The notes beneath the pieces were generated by a model. It was given only the letters and a program-made list of their open reading frames with translations. It ran no database searches and was not told the origin of the DNA. DNA of 64,000 nucleotides from positions 36,458,001 through 36,522,000 of the forward strand of contig OZ249436.1 of the NCBI GenBank assembly GCA_965235115.1, given 5' to 3'. Source of the DNA: Laetmonice hystrix (Eukaryota). This document shows, piece after piece, positions 51,907 to 64,000 of this stretch. Position numbers and translations under genes: made by a program. Within the stretch, counting starts at the first letter, position 1; every line of letters begins with the position of its first letter.

Positions 51907-54900
51907 CTGAAAAAACAAAATAGCTTATTAGAAATTTCCTTTACTGAAATATTTAAACCATAGATATCGCTTCACATGTATATAGCTGTTTAAGTTATAT
52001 TATCAGTGACGTAGCCAGGAATTAATAAGAGGGGGGGGGGGGCGCAAATTTTTTAAGGAAAATCTGACAAGCCAAAAAAAAAAGGTCTTTAACAATGCTG
52101 ACAAGCCAAAAAAAGAAAAAAGGTCTTCAACAATGCTGACAAGCAAAAAAAAGCCAAACGGGGGGGGGGGGGGGTACGCCGGGTACGCCCTATGCTATGG
52201 TGGCTACGTCACTGATTATGATGTTACCATTTATGGGGGGGGGGGTGATAAAAAAGTAACGTTTTATTAAAGACGTGACGTGGTTTAGGACTTGCCTGGA
52301 CAGCACGCAACAGGTGGGTTCGATATGTGCTCACCACGTCCCTGTGACGACGCTCAACCTCCTGAAAAACACACTGACATGTTAAACGTTGGCTTCAAAC
52401 ACAACAATAACATTGTTGGAAATGGTATTCACGAACGGGTTGTCATGGCCATGGGTACCTTAGCTGAGATACGCGATGATTATTTATTTAACTTATCAAG
52501 AGTCACGCTCCATTACACAACCCTAGAGCTATGTTTATGTTTATTGCAGTCTTTATCCCGATTTGTTCATTTTACACTTTATGACGACTGTATGACTATG
52601 TATGAATCTCGAACCTCAAGTTTTTCTTGCAGTGTGAGTATTTGTTGCGTTGCTAACGCCGTCTGTTCTTCGTTCAGTTCATGCTGGGAACTGTCCACCA
52701 ACTTGGCCACCTGGTGGCGGAGGTGGTCGTTATCCTCCTCTAACTCCTTCATCCTCAGTTCCAGACTGCGCTTCTTGAGCGACTTGCCGAAGTCGAGCGG
52801 TTCGCTGTCCCCACCAGGCTCACCGTCATTCCCGTTTAGAGTGTTTCTCGGTGCACTCGTCAGTTGTGGACTCCTAGCCTGAACGCTCAAACTCTCAACC
52901 CTAACCATGTCGTCCACATTGCCATTATTATAACGCCTCTGCAGGTTCTCCACTTCTTCCATCAGTTTTTTGTTGTCCTCGGTCAAAGAAAGGATCTCTT
53001 CTTTAAGACTGTTCTCTGTGGACTTCTGTTCCGCTGTTCTCCCGTCGAGAATCGTCATGACCGTGGCGTTTCGCTCACTCTCCAAGCTTGCCTCAAGTTG
53101 TTTTACTTGGGCCTTCAGTTCAAAGTAATCGGGCGTGTTTTTCCCAGACTCCGACAGCTGCTCCTCAAGGATGGCGACCTGAGACTTGAGCTTCGTGTTT
53201 TCCTCTTCTAGACCCTCATACCTTTGCTTTAATAGCAACTCACTATTAAACAATGCCATTTCTGCTTGATGATTTTTCAAGTGTAGTTGGGTTTTCTCAT
53301 CTTCCAGCAGATCCTTTTGTCTCTGTAATAGTGTAATCTCCTCTGTATTTTGCTTTGCTACCATAGCAACAGCTGCTAACTCATTGTTTCTCAGCTCCGA
53401 TGTTGCCAGCTGTTCCTGTAACGCATCACGTTCTGCCTCCAGACCGTTCATTCGATCTGACATTAATTCTGATGCCGAGATTTCTTTCTCGAAATGAAAG
53501 ACCGTCTCCTGTAAACTGGCGTTGTCGCTTTTCAGTTTTTTATTGAGTTTTTCTAAGTCACTGAGTTGTTCAGCAAAATTATTATTAACTTCTGTCGACA
53601 AACCACTTGTCTGCTGTGAGAGTTTGTCCTTGAGTTGCATATTGTCGTCCTGTAGCCACCTGATCTCTTGTTCAAGGACACTGACTTGTTCAGCGTGAGC
53701 AGCCCGCTCCACCGTTGGATCAGATTGTGTCTGCATGAGGTTCTGGAACTGTTCCATGCTGTTCTTGAGAACCTCGCTCTCCTGCTGCAGGGTCTCGTAG
53801 TCCTGCCTTAATTGAGCATCTCTGGCAGACTGCTGCATCAGTTCCATGATGGTCTCTTGTTGCTGGGATATTGTGTTTTTGAGGTGCGAAATCTGGGACT
53901 TCAATTCGGAAATATCAGCAGGTTCCGAGGGACTATGAAGGTCAAACTTCTGTTTCGCCAACGTCTGTTTGAGGGCTTCCACTTCTGATTTTAACCTAGA
54001 GTTTTCTTCATTTTGTACATTTAATCTTGTTTTCTCCAAATCTTTCTGGGCCAATGAATCCTTTACACTCCTTTCTATCTCAGCTACCTTAGATTTGAGC
54101 GTCCGGTTATCACTTTTCAGGTCATTGTTCTCTTGCTGGAGAAGCATCGTTAACTGAGCCATTGCCTTTTGGTCGGATTCCGCGTTCTCCTTGTTTCCGA
54201 CTATAAGTTCTTCGTTCTCTTGTCTTAGTTTTTCATTTTCCTGCTGCAGTTCTGTGTTAAATTCTGCCAATGATTGCAGCCCCTGGACCTGACTGTCAAT
54301 CTCAACGAACTCTGCGTTTAACCTGTCGTTCTCAGCTTTCAGAGACTGATTTTCAGTCTGCAAAATTTCAAGTTCTGCTGCCAACATGCGTTTCTCTTCA
54401 AGAATCTGTTGCTGACCGGGTTCATTGGTTGAACTCATGGCGGCTGGGTTATCGATAAGGGACTGAAGTCGCTGGAGCTCACTCTCCACATGTGTTTTCT
54501 TATGTGAAAGTTCGGACACCTTCACCTCCATGTTGTCCTTAGCCATGGCCAGCTGCGTCTTCTGTTCTATGGCACTTGTCAACTGGAACATAACCATGAC
54601 AATTGCAGACTACAAATTGAGTTGTCAATCACAACATATATATGTTGCAAATTTAATCATGACCAACATATGACCAACATAGCCTTGTATGTCTTCTGCT
54701 GTCTGTATCAACGAGAAGCATAGATCGACTCTGGCACCAGACTATTCTGAACTCTCTCCAAGACGGTTTGCCAAATTTAACTGTTGGGTTCATTTGCTTA
54801 GTGAATCATTAAACCCTAACTTGGGAGTGGGTGTAATCTTTATTTCCCACCCAGGGTACAGAATTTCCCATAACACGACTTTTGACTGGCTATCATTGAT

Positions 54901-57900
54901 GCGGACATACTTGGCTACTAAGTGTGGTGTTTTCCCCGAGAAGCTCCTCGATGTGATTCCGTAGTCGTTGACACTCAGCCTGGTGTGCGTGCTGCAGTTC
55001 TTGAAAACGTTTCTTGTCACCAACGTCGCGTTCCACTGTGGACTCTGACGGTGACCCCGTGACACCACTACTGACATCACTGGAGAAGGTTTGTATCTAA
55101 GACAAAATGGTAAACGGTCTTATTCACCTGCCCCGTAACTGGAGACAAGTTATCAAATATTTTAACATTGGCCTCCCCTGAAAAGGTGACGTAAAATTTC
55201 ATGCTTTCACTGTTCAGGAATAGAGTTCATTCTTGTCTTTCGCTTGATTTCATTGGTCATCAAATGTAGAGCTGATATTATAGGATTGGGGCCATTTCGC
55301 ATTGTATCTGTTTGTGATGGGAACAATAACTCACCTGAAGCCGGCCTTTTAATTCCTCATTTTCTCGCTCTAAACCGAGGATCTGACTGCGGAGCAGGGC
55401 AATAAGGGCAGCGTCGGTTCCTCCCGAGGAGGACTTTTTTAAGTTATCTAAAATACAAACAAGATGTACCAAAATCTGAGGGAGTGTTTTTTCAAAATGC
55501 GACCATGTTATACTTAGTGTATCTGTAATTATTTAAGCCATGATTGTTTAAGGTCCTTTATTTTAAGGATGACTTGCCCAACTCCTAAGAAGATAACAGA
55601 ATTCTTAGGATTGTGGAGAATGGCTTACATACTGGTAACCAGCTTATACCAAACCGAAGCTTAAAAAAAGAGAGAAAGCAGAAGAAAAAGCAGAGGAATA
55701 CTAAACAACTCTTTACCTGATTCAAATAAATCATCGTCACTGTCATTCCAGCTGTCGTCAGCGTTACGTTCAGCTTCAGGCTGGGGATACAAGGATGAGT
55801 AAATTATCACTCATGGCTTAACATGAACAGGTCTGATCGTGTAATTCATTTATAAAACTAGAGATATAACACACAGAACGACACCAGTTCCTGCCTGCAC
55901 AACATAGACCACTCGGATACATACCAGAAGATAGACAGCAGTAATGGAATCAGAAAAATAGGTATTTCCCCACCAAGTATTTTGTTGAGGCCTCAAGCGC
56001 AGAGAATAATGGTGAGAGATATTCGGCTTCCGTATCAAGACATGAGCACGACACCCTATCGTTCCGTACACTGGCCTACTTGCCTGACTGTTATATAAAC
56101 AAACATCATGATGGGCTCTCGTTTACAGAACAAATACTGGCATGTTCCTACCTTGGAATCATTATCGATTTGTTTGCGCAATTGTTTGACTTCATCCTCC
56201 AACTCTGTCCTCCGTTCCTTGTCATTATCGAGCTGTTCCCGGGCAGCGTGTAACTGTGGAGGAAATCAGTCAAATATCATAGCAGGCCTCCTAATATAGG
56301 AACAAACTTATTCATGATGACATCTTGGAAGTGTGTGGGGCAATGGGCTCCGTGCACTCTGGTCTTTCAGAAGCTTTAATTACCGGTAGTCCAAATTTAT
56401 GTCTCCCTTGTTGACCGTTTTCGCGTTATTTCATGTTTTTCTTCCATAGTTATCGAAATAAATCAAAAGGAAGGTGTAAAACTATCGTTCCACCGGGATT
56501 AAAACAGCCCTGTTTTGTACCATGGATTGCCACAAAACTGTTACTTTATGAGCATCAAGAGAATCATATGGTCGCCTTGAAAAATGCTTTCTTGTGTCGG
56601 ATGATTTGTAAATGTTCATGACTTTTTAAGCAGACTATTTTCTCCTTGCTTTTCCATATTTAAGTAGGGTCTACAATTGCTTAGAATTTTAAATGATTAT
56701 CCATCACAGAGGGCTGTGTGGTTGAATACTTTGCGTATAGTAAAGGATTATGTGTTACTGAAAGAAGTAGTATATAGAAGGAACGCATTTTACAGTCCCA
56801 ACTGGTTTACGGCCCTCGATTGTTTATTGTTGCCTTTTTTCATTTTTCAACGTACGAATATCTTCAATTCTATTAGCCACAACAATTGCTATGTTCTAAA
56901 GCCTACCTATACTTCGCAATAAATGAAAGCGATAACTACACACAAAAAAAACCCGCAAAATAAAAATAAATCTGTGCAATAAAAACACTACAGCAGAATG
57001 TGCAATATAATGAAAGCACTGATGACTACTTATGTATGAGAAAAAGAATATCTTGCAGCTAACCCTGTCTATATCTGGAACCTGGATAAATATGGATAAA
57101 ATTAATCACCCACTCACCCTACACCCACACTAAATCAAGTCCTCATTCTGGCATGTCATATTGAGACTTATAACCTCTCAACTATGACATCTTCTTTAAA
57201 CCCTGTTTGGAGGTGAGGGGTTACTGCTGCGATATGAGGTCAAGGAATCTGCCCTTTGACCTAATCACTTGACCTAGGACGTTCCTCTGGCTTGGATCCA
57301 ACATATATATGCACACTGGCCAACAGTATTTGATAACATGACAGCATACATTTTGATCAGCCTGCTCCTGGGATTCATACTGCTACACTTGCTTGATTTG
57401 CCAGCGTAATCTTGCAAGACCTTTAAACTACAGCACACAAATTTCTGAATCGGAATGACTTCAGACAAGCAAATGAAAATTCTTAACAAAACATGCAAAA
57501 TCCGCTCTACCCGACATTAGTAGCACCATGCTGACCCAAGGGTTATAAATGCATTTGTTTTAAATGAGATTACATTGCACCAGTAAATATAATCTCAGGG
57601 ATGAGGTACCGCATATCGGGAAGTAAACCTATACACTATGTGGTCATGTCCCTCACTCTGCCAAATCTAAAACCTACGAAGTCACACTGAAAACATAAAC
57701 ATGTATAGCCTAGATGTCTAAGAAGACCTACAACTGCAGCACTATAACAAAAAACAAACTGACACACATCACAGCATGCGGAAACCACCTCCATTTGTCA
57801 TACCTCTTCCTCCAATGTCTCTATGATTGTAGAATCTATAGCAGTCTGCAAACAAATGACTAATTTAGTTTTTGGTCATTCGATTAGTCATCAAAACTAC

Positions 57901-60900
57901 AAGTCCACACTCACAACGCTTCATTTCGCTATTGCCATTCGCAATACCAACACCGTACTAGGAAGAACAAGGCCGTTAAGAGATAGAGCAAGAGAATGAA
58001 GGAGACAGAAGGACAGAGAGAGACAGACGGAAGTAATAATGTAAAACATGTTCCAATACGGACACCACTTCTAACTTTGAGAGTGAAATGGTTGATCTGT
58101 GTCCAAAGTTATTTTTAGAGGAATACCAATAGATACAATGTCAATGACCCCCCCCCCCCTCAAAAAAAAATTCCATTAAATGATTTTATGAATTTGAATT
58201 TATATTACACACAAATCGGCCGAAGAGCTTTCACCTGTGGCATGCATACATATAACAAACGGGTTCAACTTTCCAACCAGTTTGTCGCTTGTCACCATAA
58301 CTGCTATAAGCACCTATTTAAGTCTCCCAATAACACACAACATATGACCAGCCTCTAACAATTACACCAGCCAGAGTATTCAAAGACAAGCCAGAGATTT
58401 TGATTCACGAAGTGAACAGAGAGATCACTAAACAGGCACATTGATGAATTTCAAGTCAACACGCAGCATCCCGGGATTAAACCAGATCTGGTCAATTTCT
58501 TACCATCAACTGGACTGTTATTTGCATGATTCGGTTCGCTGAAAGCCTCCAGTTTATCAACTTTGTTTGCTTTTTGTAATGGAGAGCATATCACATGAAT
58601 TACACCTGCAAATTGGTGAAGAAGAATAAAGAAAACCCACCTGAACCGGAGCAGTGACAGGAATTATTGCCTCTGGCGTGCCACTGCTGGAGTTACTCAA
58701 CCGTCGCTCCAGTACCTCCACCTTCTCCTGTAAGTGTTTGTTCTCCACAGCCACACGCTGGAGTTCACTGTTCAGGCACTCATGCTCCTCTTCCAGCTCC
58801 TGCTCAAAACATTTCCATTCTTATACTCCATAATGTTTTTTTCATATAAATTGTTTTGTTTTTCTCCCATTAGAAATAATTAATCGCCATGAGGTTTGTA
58901 ACATATTCTACATTATAATTATGACGTTTATGCTAGACTTTCAAACGACAGATAATCGAGACAAAAACTGTTAAATTTATATCTACCTGCAGTTCTACAA
59001 TCAGTAATCTAACCCGAATCGCATTTTTCAAAGAACGAGTTTGTTCTACCTTGTATGCTTCAATATCGACAGCTTTTCGGTCCTGTTGATGTCCGTGTGT
59101 AACACCAGGTGGCTGTACTGGTGTTTCCGACTCGACCATCATGGCCTCCACGGCAGCGACCGCCTCTGGCGACACCTGGGGGTGAGTCGTGTGGTAGTAG
59201 TGGTCGGTGGTGTCGTCATCAAGTAACTGAGCCGTCACTGCGTCAACTGACGACAAGACGCGGGCCTCCACAGGTTCGTCTGCCTTCCACCTCCTTGGGT
59301 CCACGTCATCGTCCTACGTTAATGGGAATCACAATTCTGTGTCAATCTACGCACTGATTGCTATTAAAAAAGTACCGTTTCGAAGCTTATGTAGAAGCCC
59401 ATAATTAGGGGCAATTAGAAAGGCCCGTCAGTGAGTATTCTGACGATTTTAAAAAATAGAATTCTGTTTTTTCTAGACGTTTGTACTTTGGAAAGTCTGA
59501 TTTTGAGGGTTAGCATCCCATTCATATCCTTTATTCCATGATTGTGTATATTGATTCTGTTTCTTGGCTCAACATTTACTGAATGTCTCGGAAGGGGAGC
59601 GATAGGGATCAGTAATTTATTTGTGAACACCAAAATCATCTTTCACAAAACCAAGAATCTGCATTATTGAAACGAAATTACAAAAGTGCTCGAAATAAAA
59701 TATGAGTCGTAAAAAAAGATAACTCCTCAACCATGATAAATCATAAGGCAGTGATCAAACCTGGGAGGGCCAAAGGGTATAACAAATGAGAAAAACACAT
59801 CGGGAGGGGGGGGGGGTGGAGGAGAAATCTCAACCTTTCCATCACCTATATATATTGTAATTCCTTATCCACACCAATAACCCGCTCCTGATCTACTGCA
59901 GGCTCGTTTTACTGTAACGCTACAAAGTCCGACTAATCCGGCATCTCCTGACCTTTACAGAAACAATTGCCACCAAGAGGATAGCACTGTCGTATGATAT
60001 CAACAAACGTCCTCACATGCACCTCTAAAGTCCATCTACCACTCTACCTGTCATTTTGGTTAGTAGCTGTAATTTAGACCCCTGTCATTACATGCTCGCT
60101 ATCTTGGCAACTCCGTGATTGGAATATAACTTCATAATTACCAATATCTTCAAAAGATCGCTCCATTTATGATACTGGCGAAGAAACGACAAACATGTGA
60201 TAAATACTGTCTTGATCCAACACCCGTTGAGGGATAAAGTTACTAGACAAAAGGTCAAACGCAGCAGTCGAGTCTTACTGATTACCGTAATAATGTGAGA
60301 GAGACCAAAAACAGGCCAACACAGACACACACGTACATGGTTATCTCAATTCTGGATATGAAGAAAAAACAACTTTCACGGATAATAGGACGGAATGCTA
60401 TGTTCTTTGTAACAGATGAATGTAGGACAACCAAAGTACATCTGTAAATTATATTGTCTTAAGGCCGCGACACACTATGCGACTTGCTGTCGGCCGTTCT
60501 GTCGGCGCATCTATCGCTTGACTTGTTGCAGCAACAGGAAAATATTCAACATGTTGAATATTTGTCGCTGCATTTGTCAGTCCAAGTTACGACAACTCAA
60601 GCGACAGAATTCCTGGCGACAGCCAGGACACACTAGCAGTATTGTGCAGGTATGTCGGCTGCGCAGCCATGACTTTGTATATATTGTTAACCCTAAGCCA
60701 CCTTACCCAGCATGTAAGGTGTCCAAATACATTAACCATGTCTTTACCCATGACCATGTGTTCTCTGTTAGGTCGTCATCTCGGCGGCAAGGATCCCAGT
60801 ACATAGCCTCCCCATTAATTTAGTACTATGAGCTAGCTTCTCATTATCATAGGCCCCTCCATATGGACCATACTGGTAGGGGGGGGGGGGGGGCTCCCTG

Positions 60901-63793
60901 ATAATAACTTTCCGCTTAAAAACTGCAAACGAGCTTTATGTCTTTGTTTCTTTGTTTGTTTCTTTCTTTCTTTTCGTTTCGTTAGCTCTATTGTTCTTTC
61001 TTTTTGTGCATTTCTTATCCGTGTTTTTTTACGGGATGGGGGTGTGGGCATCTTGAGTTGTCAAGGGTATCACGCATCCGGCGAGAGCTGGAAGCGGTTC
61101 AACCCCGAGGTTTTACAACTTAGATGTACTCTGTAATAAAGTTGTCAGCGACGGCAATCCATGTCCTGTTATATTTTGCAGGTGTAAAATGTTGACAGCG
61201 ACGTGAACCCCCAGGGTGAATCTGATATAACGAGATTAGATCAGCTAAGACCCTCCAGATGGCAGCACCATCGTTCCGCGTCCAGCAGACGATAGACACA
61301 TAGCAACCGAACGGCTCGCACCCACCCTGAGGTGGGTGGACCCTTCCATCCATGTGTTGTCCTTAGTTATAGTTAACATGTCACAGGTTTGACGTTTACT
61401 ACCTCACCAATATTCTACATTCATCGATAATTCACATGAGAATTAATTGATATTTCCATAATTGATGTCGCTGATCATGCTTTCTCTTATTTAACAGTGT
61501 GAACTTTATTTGGCTCATTAAGTTCTGCTTAGTACCATTACCAGGGTTTATTCCACTGTGTGAACACTAATTCCTGACTGCCATTCAAAACAAGGTACCT
61601 AAACAGTTACCATTAGTGCAAATTCAATGCACTGCTCCGCTCTTTCATACATTTTTGAGCGACAAAGCCAATTTACTACTGGAGGAGAACACCAGAGATT
61701 GTCTACATAATTATCTGATTTATTGATGCCAACTGGCAGACTTAAATACCGGACCACTAACCATGTGGCCTATTCCATCACGCAGGATGTGTCCCATTGT
61801 CAATCAATATAAGCAGACGGCCCGCTGGGGTGGTGTCGGGGGTAGAACCCTGTGAGGGTTGTGAAGACACTGTAAGTGGTTGAGAAGAAAACTCCCAGGC
61901 AGCAGTGATGTAATACCCCCATGTGTCGGAAAGATCGATACCTGTTTAGTTGCTGGGTGGACGCCCTGCACTGCCATCCATCTGCCTAGTGAACCCCAGC
62001 ATTAACCACAGTGTTCTTATGCCCTCCGCTCCCGCCACCAGCCCGCACGAACTTCGGGAAGGAGCGTTTTTTACGCTTTAACTGATGGACCTGATCATTA
62101 TCAACTGTCATCTAAATTTGGTGATCTATTCACGGTAAAGAATGCCAGGAAACCACGACTATTTTCTATCCTCCCCCAACACGTTCATCTGTTTATGTTC
62201 CTGACGTTTTTTTACGGGTGGCTTCAGAGTGGTTTTATCGGGATGAGCGCATGCCAGGATGGCCGCTTGTTAGAGATCTACACCATTCCCTGCTCAGGCC
62301 ACACCCGACCGCTACCTGAACCTAATAATCACAGACTATAACAAAAACTGTAAGGATCTCTCTAAAAGTGCATATTGTGAATACACTGTGTACACTGTTT
62401 GCGGGAAAACAGAAATAATGAAGAACTGTCGTGAAATGGCTGACTGTCTCTGCAGCTACCATTCTCTCGGCATTCGTCATAACTTCTGTGGAGAAAGAAC
62501 CGAAGTTAACCGTAATCGGGTCTTACAATTTACAAACACTTCGGCAGCTGCACTTGGAAAACAATGTTTTACATTGGGAGGAATAATACTTCAATCTTTA
62601 ACTGAATATTTCAACTCGTTCCTATTCCGTTTCTTTGAACAAAATACCGAGTATCTCTGTAACCGTTTCATGCCAGGAGACTCCTAATGTTGAATCCATA
62701 CAAACTGAAAACTACATTCCGAGACTGAGCACGCATCTGTAATTGTATCGCATGAATCACCCCACAGTATCATAGTTTCGGAGTGGTAGTTTGGCTGAAA
62801 ACAAATGGAATGTTCGCTAAGTTTGCTCCCACTGAATATTGGGCGGTTCCAGACTCCGACAGTGGCGAGACGGGAGCGCTCAACGGCAAGGTCAGTGGGT
62901 CAGACTGCTTGGTGCTAACTGTTGTCTGGGATCTTTCCAATCTGTATACTGATGACAACTTGTAATGAGACATCCCCCCCCCCCCCCCCGTACATAGAGA
63001 AAAGATTTTGCCGGGAATAACTAGTATAGCGTCATCTTTTTATTTGAATATTTCGCTTTACGTTTTAAATGTGGTTTTTCTTCGTAATTATGTAAATTTG
63101 AAAGCAATGCGATATGAGTCGTTCGTTTGGCACGCGCTTCATTGAATTAATGTAAGATTTTATCTTTATTGCCCAGACAGTAGAAAGGAATCCATAACGT
63201 GTATAAGCTATGGCCTTTCTGAGATTCTTTCCGTGGATAACGTACCATCCACATATCCATGTTTTAGGGCGCTCAAAACGGGATGGGTAACAAAAACGTT
63301 AATACTGGTAATTAAATCATTACACCAACCATTAAACCATTGGCAATTTGTATCAGAATGAAATAGCACCATTCTTTTCTTAAACAAACCAGGCCTCAAT
63401 CTATACATGTATATTATACACTGGTATCCCGTGTATTATACCTAGTATAGCACGACGGCACGGCAGGTTCTTATATTTTATATCTATCTTAAAATCTTCA
63501 AATCTTTCATCTCTCCTCCGTTTATTTCTGAAGGACGACATACAGTAGTTCTCAGTAATAGACTCTAATCGTTTCCAATTATTTCAAACATTTTGATAAC
63601 CTACTTGGATTTCAGACATGGGGACAACTCCGAACTCAAGTTGCTCTATGTGCGAAGTGTCCTCATGACTTGGCGTTCCAAACCCAGGGGGTGGCGGAGG
63701 TGCACCTTTGGGACGGTCTGGAGATGATGAACTAGAGGATCGTTCGGGTGAATCCTCGTCAGCTTGTAGCTTGAAGGTTGAGACGTAATTCAT
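51829..63793 (-). CDS. ANKRD24: UACA/RAI14 (ankycorbin)/ANKRD24-family coiled-coil protein, 3' part; ankyrin repeats presumably lie beyond the window end
   Basis: Phase-consistent exons: 63605-63793, 59050-59313, 58641-58799, 57804-57845, 56152-56253, 55717-55780, 55335-55447, 54911-55096, 52615-54582, 52296-52361, 51829-51906. The C-terminus EVERRHRDVVSTYRTHLLRAVQGQMGAEVQQALKHIIKIRK matches the recalled family tail (..H.EV...YRTHLL.A.QG.M...VQ.AL..I...R). The symbol stands for the family; it is likely a co-ortholog of the vertebrate paralogs. Confidence 0.78.
52004..52214. mobile_element. MITE with perfect 14-bp TIR and 5-bp TSD, inside the last intron of the ANKRD24-like gene
   Basis: ATTAT|cagtgacgtagcca ... 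tggctacgtcactg|ATTAT. Confidence 0.85.
52296..52361 (-). CDS. Penultimate exon of the ANKRD24/UACA-like gene (EVERRHRDVVSTYRTHLLRAVQ)
   Basis: Acceptor gtgtttttcag; conserved YRTHLL motif; ends at a CAG|GCAAGT (GC) donor. Confidence 0.82.
52615..54582 (-). CDS. Large coiled-coil exon (656 codons) of the ANKRD24/UACA-like gene
   Basis: Open frame rich in E/Q/L/K heptads; acceptor ttatgttccag; donor GAG|GTTCGA. Confidence 0.88.
54911..55096 (-). CDS. Internal exon of the ANKRD24/UACA-like gene (IQTFSSDV...GENTTLSSQ)
   Basis: Acceptor attttgtcttag; 62 open codons, coiled-coil-like; donor GTATGT. Confidence 0.75.
55335..55447 (-). CDS. Internal exon of the ANKRD24/UACA-like gene (NLKKSSSGGTDAALIALLRSQILGLERENEELKGRLQ)
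   Basis: Phase-1 acceptor ttgtattttag; donor GTGAGT. Confidence 0.78.
55717..55780 (-). CDS. Internal exon of the ANKRD24/UACA-like gene (PEAERNADDSWNDSDDDLFES)
   Basis: Acceptor ccttgtatccccag; phase-1 donor GTAAAG matches the next exon. Confidence 0.72.
56152..56253 (-). CDS. Internal exon of the ANKRD24/UACA-like gene (LHAAREQLDNDKERRTELEDEVKQLRKQIDNDSK)
   Basis: Acceptor tttcctccacag; donor GTAGGA; 34 codons. Confidence 0.78.
57804..57845 (-). CDS. 42-nt exon of the ANKRD24/UACA-like gene (TAIDSTIIETLEEE)
   Basis: Acceptor atttgtttgcag; donor GTATGA; phase 0/0. Confidence 0.68.
58641..58799 (-). CDS. Internal exon of the ANKRD24/UACA-like gene (ELEEEHECLNSELQRV...TAPVQ)
   Basis: Acceptor gttttgagcag; donor GTGGGT; 53 codons. 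Confidence 0.75.
59050..59313 (-). CDS. Internal exon of the ANKRD24/UACA-like gene (DDDVDPRRWK...DIEAYK)
   Basis: Acceptor cccattaacgtag; donor AAG|GTAGAA; 88 codons. Confidence 0.65.
60463..60670. mobile_element. Partial MITE-like element with a central 24-bp palindrome
   Basis: Starts TAA|GGCCGCGACACAC; perfect palindrome aaatattcaacatgttgaatattt at 60540-60563; right terminus not found. Confidence 0.4.
63605..63793 (-). CDS. Exon of the ANKRD24/UACA-like gene (MNYVSTFKLQ...PKGAPPPPPGF...MSEIQ)
   Basis: Acceptor cctctttcag; donor GTAGGT; 63 codons, Ser/Pro-rich. Confidence 0.65.
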
Positions 63794-64000
63794 CTGAAAG
63801 AGGCATGGCAAAAAAATAGATGGACTAAACGGGAAAATAAATGGTTTGTTATAAAAGCCATTTTCCCGACGCACCCTAGGCTATCGTTCATAACTTCTGC
63901 CCATTCCACTCAATTTGCCCAGCAATCACGCGAAAATGCTCTTTTATTACTTGTTTTTTAATGGTGATCACGCCTGTAACATTACCTCAAATTCATGCTC

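Noticed and set aside
52292..54458. Plus-strand ORFs (196, 115 and 62 aa)
   Set aside because: Antisense shadows of the coiled-coil exons
62770..62973. Ser/Pro/Thr-rich minus-strand ORF as an extra ANKRD24-like exon
   Set aside because: No convincing phase-0 acceptor/donor pair found

Overview
Eukaryotic genomic DNA from an invertebrate, most likely a lophotrochozoan. Three intron-containing genes could be built by hand with consistent splice phases. (1) A complete paired-class homeobox gene, homeobrain (hbn), on +: exons 19427-19640, 20546-21024 and 30286-30858 (421 aa, with octapeptide, Q50 homeodomain and OAR motif). It has about 19 kb of apparently gene-free upstream DNA and a 9.3 kb intron containing enhancer-like blocks. 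(2) A minus-strand zinc-finger gene in which one common exon (45246-46187), encoding an uncharacterised ~55-aa N-terminal domain, can join in phase 0 to at least two alternative terminal zinc-finger exons: 43329-43619 (CCHC+C2H2 pair) and 38046-38846 (four C2H2). Each has its own stop codon and poly(A) signal. This resembles the lola/broad variable zinc-finger architecture but without a BTB domain, and is the most interesting feature here. (3) The 3' portion of a UACA/RAI14/ANKRD24-family coiled-coil gene on - (10 exons, 63793 to 51829), whose last intron is GC-AG. Non-coding DNA holds several minisatellites, many MITE-like elements with visible TIRs/TSDs, CTCF-like motifs and a strong excess of the palindrome TAGGCCTA. 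Family assignments come from recalled sequence motifs; no database searches were run.
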